Source: Deltaproteobacteria bacterium (lineage in GTDB: Bacteria; Desulfobacterota; Binatia; Bin18). From it: 64,000 nt of DNA. The notes beneath the pieces were generated by a model. It saw nothing but the letters and a program-made list of their open reading frames with translations, was not told the DNA's origin and did not search any database. Positions 55,401-61,735 of this stretch are shown here, piece after piece (positions within the stretch are counted from its first letter, which is position 1; every line of letters begins with the position of its first letter). The translations under genes and the position numbers were made by a program. The stretch covers positions 5,232-69,231 of the forward strand of contig VGTJ01000005.1 in NCBI GenBank assembly GCA_016874775.1. The letters run 5' to 3'.

Positions 55401-57514
55401 AGGAACCCGTCGTCCCCATACGGCGTATGGAAGAACACGGCCAACTTCTGCGCGTCACTGTCTGGCGGCCGTACTGCGCAGGCCACGGTAAACGATGCAG
55501 CGACACCGTCGACTTGCTCAACCACCGCTTCAATCTCGTTATTGTAGAAGTTCGCGCCGTTGATAATGATGCCAGCATCCGCTCGTCCGGTGAGCATCAA
55601 CTCGCCACCGGAAATAAAGCCCACGTCCCCTGTGTCGAACCATCCGTTAGCCAGGAACACTTTGTTCGCCTCGGGGTTGTTGTAGTAGCCGGACGATAGG
55701 GCGTCGCCTTTGAGCTGCAGGCGTCCAGTCGTCCCCTCGGGAACGACGCGTTGCTCCTCGTCAACAATGCGCATGGAGACCCCTGGGATGACCGGCCCCA
55801 AGCTGGCAAAGGCGACGCACGTGCTTGCCTCGGGATCGGCGGGTTGGAGCGCGCCACCGAGGGTGTTGCGGTCAATATAATGAAAGGTCAAAGACTTCCC
55901 AGCAGCCGGTTGATGATACGTCACCCCAGAGCCAACCTCGGCCATGCCAAAAGCGGTCTGCAGCACCGAGAGTTGCAGGCCATACGGCGCGAGACTGTCG
56001 AGAAATTCGCTGGTCGTGGTCCGCGTGATTGATTCACCAGCAGTGAGGAGCATTTTGACGCAGGACAGATCCCACTCGCGTTGCCGCTCACCCTTGAGGG
56101 CAGCGCTGACCAGCGAATAGGCAAAATTCGGCGCCCAACTATGCGTGATGCGGTGACGATGGATGAGATCCAGCCAGCGCAGCGGGCTCCCCAACACATA
56201 TTCTTTTGGCGCATAGATCAGCGTGCAACCGAGTACGATACAGCGCAGATGCCAGTCGGAGATGCTGCCAATGTGGTCGAACGGCAGCCAATTGAAGATC
56301 ACCGCTTCGGCAGACTGCTGACACAACAGATTGGTCCCACGCGCGCGCGCCAGGATGCTGCGGTGCGTGAGCATGACTGCCTTTGGTAGCCCGGTGCTGC
56401 CCGAAGACAGGGTGTAAAAAGCAATATCATCGGGCACGGCGCTGTGGATGTTCATATCCGGCGGGTTGTCGCGCAGTTCCTCAAGTGCAGCGAGGCGGGC
56501 GTGAGCCCGTAGGGGAGGTGGCAGCGCCTTGCGGATATCTTCGACTCGGTCCCGAACGGTAAGGAGTAGGGGGCGGTCGAACAGGGTCCAAATGTGATTG
56601 AGATGGTCAAGTGCTCGGCTCTCGCCGTCGTAGGTGAGTGGCATTGGGACAATGACGGGCTCGAATCCCCCAAGCAAACAGCCCCAGAACGCAGGCAGGA
56701 TGTCGTCGTTGCAGTCGAGCTGAAAGATAACTTTGTCGCCAGGCTTGAGGCCATGCTGGCGCAGCCCGCCAAGAACGCGCCGCGCTTCCTGGAGCAACGC
56801 GCCGTAGCTCGTGACCCGCTCGGAACCCTCGCGGTCAATGTAAATGATACAGGCGCTTTCCGGCGCTGCGCACAGCACGGCAGGAAGGACCTGGGGCGCA
56901 TCCGCATGTTGCGGTATGGATTGCCCGTGGCAGAGGGCGGCAGGAACATCGCCTGCACTCTGTGTTATCACAGGAGTCACCGCGAACGCTGCTTCTGCGC
57001 GCTGCGGGACTGGTGCAGGAGGGGACGACTCACGCAACAGCTTGGCAATGTGAACATGTCGCGGCGTATCCGCCCAGTAGCCTGAGACACTAACTACTCG
57101 GTCGATCTCTGGGAGAGCAGCAACCTGTGCTTCCCATGCCGATGCCAGGTCCGCTGACCAAACGGGAACGCGCGCTAGCGCCGCTGCATCGATCGCTCCG
57201 TCCTCAGTCACCGGCAGGTACGCAACTGGCACAACCGCCGAGATGAGTTCTCCAGCGCGCTCGCGAAGCCGAGGCTCAATCTGGTCGAAGTTCTGCTCAG
57301 TCACGATAACGTAGGCCACCAGGTCCCACGTGCCTGGTTGTACCTCTCGCTTGACGACTACGCATTCCTTGACTGATGAGTCACTGAGCAGCGCGGTGGT
57401 AATGGCCTCCAGGTCAACACCGTCACCGGTGACTGGCAGGGCCTCTACTGTTGTCGTTCTCTCCATCTGTACTTGGACGGGCTTGTTGGTATTGACCGAC
57501 TCACGCATCTTCAT
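46490..57514 (-). CDS. Initiation megasynthase: [A-subdomain-like remnant]-FAAL-like acyl-activating domain-KR0-like-PRMT-fold MT-A10-like+carrier protein-KS-AT-DH-KR-ACP
   Basis: ATG at 57514 with GAAGGA just upstream. The acyl-activating domain carries [24 protein letters not shown] and [20 protein letters not shown] (FAAL/FACL type). The carrier protein carries [10 protein letters not shown]. The KS carries [26 protein letters not shown] and HGTGTEMGD. The AT carries GHSLGEY and HAFHSPLM. The DH carries [14 protein letters not shown]. The KR is intact ([29 protein letters not shown]). The ACP carries [10 protein letters not shown]. The protein ends with a docking tail. Confidence 0.93.
   Translation of the reverse strand: [3674 protein letters not shown]
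46610..52108 (-). other. First extension module KS-AT-DH-KR-ACP (KS about 50780-52108; AT about 49535-50497; DH about 48515-49417; KR about 47255-48427; ACP about 46610-46822)
   Basis: The motifs are listed under the CDS. The AT carries the malonyl-type HAFHS. The DH carries HxxxGxxxxS. The KR is fully intact. There is no ER, so the predicted output is an alpha,beta-unsaturated acyl intermediate. Confidence 0.85.
46820..47023 (-). repeat. In-frame tandem duplication (2 x 102 nt, 2 x 34 aa) in the linker just upstream of the module-1 ACP
   Basis: The protein copies are [34 protein letters not shown] and [34 protein letters not shown]. The DNA reads gcgattttctggcag at 46964-46978 and gcggttttctggcag at 46862-46876, 102 nt apart. 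The second copy runs into the ACP helix-I region. Confidence 0.8.
52190..52417 (-). other. A10-like motif plus carrier protein (PCP/ACP) of the loading region
   Basis: [20 protein letters not shown] resembles A10 [14 protein letters not shown]. It is followed by [35 protein letters not shown], a PCP of the kind that follows an A domain. Confidence 0.8.
52535..53617 (-). other. Protein-arginine-methyltransferase (PRMT)-fold SAM methyltransferase domain embedded in the loading region
   Basis: [30 protein letters not shown]...[84 protein letters not shown]. Class I PRMTs read H..ML.D..R...Y ... VLDVGCGTGILS.FAA.AGA.KVYAVE ... V.LP.KVDIIISEWMGY. The layout of the post-I motif, the D/E-rich second motif and the SE..G double-E-like loop matches. 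About 200 aa follow with the size of a beta-barrel subdomain. Confidence 0.65.
53885..55192 (-). other. KR-like (psi-KR plus Rossmann) domain lacking catalytic Lys/Tyr, inserted after the FAAL core
   Basis: It begins [14 protein letters not shown], homologous to WFYLPSWK / WFYLPGWK at the start of the KR regions in the 18883 and 36029 proteins. The Rossmann motif reads [21 protein letters not shown]. At the positions of the catalytic K and Y of the intact paralogue it reads VAGVWSL and [12 protein letters not shown], so neither K nor Y is present. Confidence 0.6.
55280..56917 (-). other. Fatty-acyl-AMP/CoA-ligase-like (FAAL-type) starter-activating domain
   Basis: [40 protein letters not shown] (FAAL LPxxHDMGL-like) and [20 protein letters not shown] (FAAL GRxKDxIIxxGxNxYPxDIE-like) are present. 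NRPS-type A8 would be GRxDxQVKIRGxRIE. The domain lacks the aa-activating A4/A5 patterns. Confidence 0.8.
57155..57397 (-). other. N-terminal extension resembling an adenylation-domain C-terminal subdomain (A8-A10 region) with no preceding A core
   Basis: [26 protein letters not shown] resembles the post-A8 pattern [30 protein letters not shown] resembles A9/A10 (MVPxxFVxLxxLPLTxNGKxDRxAL). It lies upstream of the FAAL-like core. Its translation is supported by the RBS at the ATG at 57514. Confidence 0.45.
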
Positions 57515-57624
57515 ATCCTTCAGACAGGTGTACTTTCGTCACGTGTTGTAAAACCGCCGACGCAAGAAGAGGAGCGAGCGGAGGGGGGACGGCGTTGACG
57601 TTCGCAAACAAAAAGTGCCAAGAG
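57515..57624 (-). promoter_or_regulatory. Short intergenic region with a ribosome-binding site for the initiation megasynthase; possibly an internal promoter
   Basis: 110 nt lie between the amidohydrolase stop and the ATG at 57514. GAAGGA lies immediately 5' of the ATG on the minus strand. No -35/-10 was confidently identified. Confidence 0.3.
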
Positions 57625-58785
57625 CTAATGCTGCGCGGGCAGTAACCACTCAGCATTGGTTACAAAAAATTTCTCTGCAGCCGTTTCCCCAAGCCGACTA
57701 ATATGTTCAACAAATTCTTGGAGAGGCCTAGTCCCTCCCTCGGGGTGAGGAAAGTCGCTGGAATAGCAGTAGCATTCTTCGAATCCGTACCGATCAATGT
57801 AGTCGGCAACCGGTTCAAAGCGATAGGGCGTGACACGGACGTTACGGCGGACATAGTCAGAAGGCTTCAGGGAGAGCACTGGAGCCAGACGACCCTTGTA
57901 AATGGCTGCGGTTTGATCGAGGCGTTCGGCCATTGGAGCTAACCAGATAGCTCCCAACTCGATAACCCCGAAGCGAAGTCGAGGAAAACGCTCAAAGACT
58001 CCACCCAGAATAACAGTGGAAAGAAAATTCTGCGGAGCATAGTGAAAAGAGGAGAAGATGTACGTGTTGACCTGCTCGCTTTCTGAGGTCATGTCCATCG
58101 GTTGAAAATTGAGATGATCGACGCCTATCGCCCAGGACTCACTCCCCAGGAAACCCCTTTCTCCTCCGGCGTGCAGGAGGGCAGCGGCGTTCGCTTCCTG
58201 GAGCAAACTCCACAACCTATCCATCTTTTTATGCGCCGGGGACATATTGCCCGGGGGAACTGCGCTGGCCATGACAAAAGCACGGCCACCGGCTTTGAGC
58301 ACCCGCTCTGCCTCGGCTGTGGCGATGTCTATGTCATGGGTATTCAGCAACGCGGCTGCACGGAGGCGCTTTGGATTGTGTTTGCCAAAACCGACCACAA
58401 AGTCATTCCAGTGACGCATCGTTCTGAGTCCGAGCTCATCGTTGGCAAACGTCGCCGCCTGAATCCCTGGGTCGGCGAAGATCAAAGCACGCTCGACCCC
58501 CATGTGGTCAAGGGTTTTCAAGCGGCCGTCGGGACTAAACGCACCTGGAGCGATGCAGCCCTTCAACTGCCATACCGTTTCGTCGGTAAAGACTGAAGAC
58601 TCTCCAGCAGTGAGTTCACTGACTTTTTTTGCTTCTGCTTCGGTCATGGTCTCCATCATCTGATGGAGCATGTTGGTAAAGTGCTTACCCACCTCTCCAG
58701 CCGCGATCTCATACGTTCGTGGACAAGGTTGGATGTGAGAATCGAGATCGTTCAAACGCCCATGAAATCGGCTCATGTCCAGCAT
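57625..58785 (-). CDS. Amidohydrolase-2 family metal-dependent hydrolase/decarboxylase (ACMSD / LigW-like fold)
   Basis: 386 aa. The N-terminal motif is NDLDSHIQ; the second His of the canonical HxH is Gln here. The C-terminal motif YCYSSDFPHPEG matches the family DxPH.E signature. The overall length is right for a TIM-barrel. Confidence 0.7.
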   Translation of the reverse strand: MLDMSRFHGRLNDLDSHIQPCPRTYEIAAGEVGKHFTNMLHQMMETMTEAEAKKVSELTAGESSVFTDETVWQLKGCIAPGAFSPDGRLKTLDHMGVERALIFADPGIQAATFANDELGLRTMRHWNDFVVGFGKHNPKRLRAAALLNTHDIDIATAEAERVLKAGGRAFVMASAVPPGNMSPAHKKMDRLWSLLQEANAAALLHAGGERGFLGSESWAIGVDHLNFQPMDMTSESEQVNTYIFSSFHYAPQNFLSTVILGGVFERFPRLRFGVIELGAIWLAPMAERLDQTAAIYKGRLAPVLSLKPSDYVRRNVRVTPYRFEPVADYIDRYGFEECYCYSSDFPHPEGGTRPLQEFVEHISRLGETAAEKFFVTNAEWLLPAQH

Positions 58786-58806
58786 TGGTTGGCTCTCCGT
58801 TGTGAA

Positions 58807-59850
58807 CTACTGCGTTCGTGGTACAGACCCCAAACCGCGACTTTCATCCACTTGATATTCAAAATTTTTCAGGATGCTCGGATCTCTCTTCTGTAATTCC
58901 TGCACCGTCGCTTCAGCGAGTGGAGGAACGACCACGCCTCCAGCGTTGCCAGTGTCCCCAGCAGGAGTACTGAGAATCAATGGCAGCCCGGAGCCATTGC
59001 CCATGACAACCACTTTACTGTTTGCTGACTTGGCCAACTCCAGAGTTGCCTCAATCCCTTTGAACTTCAGGTAGTTCTCGGAAAGTCTTGCTCCGAGAAT
59101 GTCTTGGAACGCTTTAATGCCTTGTGCTTCAATGCGTTTTCTTTCCACTTCTTTTCGTTCACGCTCGATGCGAAAGTCATAGAGGAGCACCATTTGTTCC
59201 TCTTGGTGCTTCTGTTGGACAACCTGCTGCACCCGTTCGGGGAGTATGAGCCGCATGATGCTCAGATCTGCGACTTCGATATAGTGTCGACCAATGTCGT
59301 CTTTGGCACGCTCGAACAAACTGCGCTCAAAGAGATCGGTCTCTCCTACATTGAGCGAATGCTGAGCATACATTGTTTCTGCGTCGAGGGCACTGAGAAT
59401 ATTTCGCGCCGCAGCATCGAGCGTTGGCACAATGAGTGTCTCGATATATTTCGGACCAACTTGTTGGTGCAACGCGCCAACATGATCCTTGCGCACGCGG
59501 TACATCAACCCCATATCCGCCTGGATCTCTAGACCACCGCGGGTGAGGGCGCTGACGCGCCGGGTCAGAATTTGATACCGCAGATTATAAATATACATGA
59601 TGTCGACCGGGAGAATGACGTGAAGGCCTTCGAAATACACATCGCTCGCAGCAGTCATGGTGCCAGAAAATCGCTTCCAGCGTACACCTGCCTGGCCTGA
59701 ATGAATCGAGATAAAAATACGAGGAGCAAAATAGACGAGGAAAAATGCCAGTATTAGTACGGCAAACGTCAGGCCAAAGGAGTGATACGTCAGCCAATCA
59801 CGTATCCAGATCCACGGTCTGCGCCCCCACTGTCTCAGCTTTGCGAACAT
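58807..59850 (-). CDS. SPFH / band-7 (prohibitin/HflC-like) membrane protein
   Basis: An N-terminal TM helix (FGLTFAVLILAFFLVYF) is followed by GQAGVRWKRFSG...YFEGLHVILPVD...YNLRYQILT, the SPFH core. A long charged coiled-coil follows (QKHQEEQMVLLYDFRIERERKEVERKRIEAQ). Confidence 0.8.
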   Translation of the reverse strand: MFAKLRQWGRRPWIWIRDWLTYHSFGLTFAVLILAFFLVYFAPRIFISIHSGQAGVRWKRFSGTMTAASDVYFEGLHVILPVDIMYIYNLRYQILTRRVSALTRGGLEIQADMGLMYRVRKDHVGALHQQVGPKYIETLIVPTLDAAARNILSALDAETMYAQHSLNVGETDLFERSLFERAKDDIGRHYIEVADLSIMRLILPERVQQVVQQKHQEEQMVLLYDFRIERERKEVERKRIEAQGIKAFQDILGARLSENYLKFKGIEATLELAKSANSKVVVMGNGSGLPLILSTPAGDTGNAGGVVVPPLAEATVQELQKRDPSILKNFEYQVDESRGLGSVPRTQ

Positions 59851-59894
59851 GTAAACCTATCTCTTTTCCTTTGATTCGTTGCTCAGTTTGACCG

Positions 59895-61523
59895 CTACAT
59901 GGTGACGAATTTCCCACTTTCCATTTTCAAAACGCGATCCGCGACATGAAAATAGCGATCATCATGAGTGGCCACGATAATCGTTTTACCTTGCCGCTTC
60001 ATATCCAACAAAATGTGCTCATAAAAATAGCGACGAAAGATCGGATCTTGATCGGCAGCCCATTCGTCGAATACTTGAATAGGCCGATCTTCAAGGAGCG
60101 TCACCAGCAACGCCAGTCGTTTCCGCTGGCCGCTGGATAGTTCCTGATTGACGAATCGACCATCAACGAAGCTCGTCTTGTCCTGAATCTCCAGGAACTG
60201 GAGGAGGTGCTCCACGCGCGTCGGGTCCACATCCGGTAAACCATAGAGTCGATCAAAAAGATGAAAATCGGAAAAGATAATCGAAAAGAGGTTGCGATAC
60301 CGGGCATAGGTGTCCGTAGTCAGTGGAGCCCCGTCGAGTTGGATCTGTCCGGCAGGCGGATAGTACAGGGTGGTCAGAAGTTTTAAGAAGGTGGACTTTC
60401 CGCTGCCGTTACCGCCAACAATAAAAACCGTTTCACCGGACTGAATGTGAAGATCCAACGGACCTACGGTAAATAATGGAAATCCCTGCCGATCCGTATA
60501 TTGAAACGTCACCCCCGAGAAGTCGATGCACTCAAACGCTTTTACCAAACTCACAGCTGGAGACTCCCCATTCTGGCCTGCTCGTGCATCGACATACGAG
60601 TCAAGTTGTCTCTCTAATTCGTAAATGCGTTCAATCGCCACGCCCGCCTGCCCAAACAGCGGGAGGGTGCCGATCAAATTGGTCAACGGACCAATGATAA
60701 ATAGTATCGTGGCGGTGGCTTTCATAACCACGCTCGAGTACGTGGCACTGAGCTGTGGCACGAGGAACACAATTCCTCCCACGACCAGGTAAAAGATCGT
60801 TTGCGATATAGCAAAGTCATTCGCAAAGCGGGTACCTATGGAAATCTTGAGATCTGCGACTGCGGCAGAGGCGTCTTGCACGTGAAGAGCGAGGTCGCGA
60901 CTGCGCGACTCATGCATTTTCACTTCCTTGAACCCATCGAGGATATGTGTGAGCGCTTCAAAGAAACGATTATCTCGGACGAACGCTTCCTTCAGGGAAT
61001 CCGACATCTCTCGCATTCTGTGAAAGTGAATCGACAAACCAACCGCGGTTAACACCAGCATCAACAGCAACGCAATCAGTGATATGTAGCCAAGATACAC
61101 AAGACTAAACAACACGAGACACGCAGCCTGACACGCATGAATCATTGGTTGCGTTGTCTGAGAGATTGCTTGAATTTCCGTGTTGACGCTGGCATAGATT
61201 CGCGCTCTGCCAATACCTTCCAATGGCAGCAGCTCAGCATAGCGAATTTTATTGGTGAGCCGCTCGCGAAGATCCTTGAGAATGGTTTCCACTAAGGTTG
61301 TAGAGGACACCAACAGTGATTTCTCCGCTAATATATACATTGCGAGTGCAATAGCGAAGAGGAACAGAAACCGAGTGGTACTTTGCTGATCCTCCACGCT
61401 GGCAGCAGCGACATTAATAATCGCAAGCAGTACAACACTCATTATTCCCGAAAGGACCGCCATGCCTCCCAAACTGTAAAGAGAGGCGTTCGATTCTTTC
61501 AAGAGAAAACGAATCAGCACCAT
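59895..61523 (-). CDS. ABC exporter, fused permease-ATPase, cyclic-peptide-transporter type (SyrD / SbmA-BacA-like)
   Basis: An N-terminal transmembrane domain of about 300 aa is followed by a nucleotide-binding domain with Walker A GGNGSGKST, signature LSSGQRKRLALL, Walker B IQVFDEW and H-loop ATHD. The LSSGQ and DEW variants are typical of the NRPS-associated cyclic peptide transporter family. Confidence 0.88.
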   Translation of the reverse strand: MVLIRFLLKESNASLYSLGGMAVLSGIMSVVLLAIINVAAASVEDQQSTTRFLFLFAIALAMYILAEKSLLVSSTTLVETILKDLRERLTNKIRYAELLPLEGIGRARIYASVNTEIQAISQTTQPMIHACQAACLVLFSLVYLGYISLIALLLMLVLTAVGLSIHFHRMREMSDSLKEAFVRDNRFFEALTHILDGFKEVKMHESRSRDLALHVQDASAAVADLKISIGTRFANDFAISQTIFYLVVGGIVFLVPQLSATYSSVVMKATATILFIIGPLTNLIGTLPLFGQAGVAIERIYELERQLDSYVDARAGQNGESPAVSLVKAFECIDFSGVTFQYTDRQGFPLFTVGPLDLHIQSGETVFIVGGNGSGKSTFLKLLTTLYYPPAGQIQLDGAPLTTDTYARYRNLFSIIFSDFHLFDRLYGLPDVDPTRVEHLLQFLEIQDKTSFVDGRFVNQELSSGQRKRLALLVTLLEDRPIQVFDEWAADQDPIFRRYFYEHILLDMKRQGKTIIVATHDDRYFHVADRVLKMESGKFVTM

Positions 61524-61735
61524 AGCGGATACTTATCGGCGGCGCAGAGCATGTTCTACAGCTTCCACCACAGAGGTTGATACGCCCGATGGAAAGCGTC
61601 GGCGAACTTCCCCTCTCGACTCTTCCATCAGTCGTCGTAACATCCCGTCACTTACGCATCGAACGAGGCAAGAGATTTCATAGCACATCCCCTCTATGTT
61701 GCCACTGCAATTGGAAGAACGGGCATACCAGCAAC

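Noticed and set aside
44931-57514. Possibility that the minus-strand megasynthase unit is a separate, unrelated gene cluster abutting the plus-strand one
   Set aside because: This is not fully excluded. It is judged less likely because the minus-strand protein is a pure initiation plus first-extension unit ending in a docking tail, with no release domain. The plus-strand line visibly lacks its own initiation module within the window. The MbtH-like and TE-II genes that typically serve NRPS A/PCP domains are encoded only on the minus strand.
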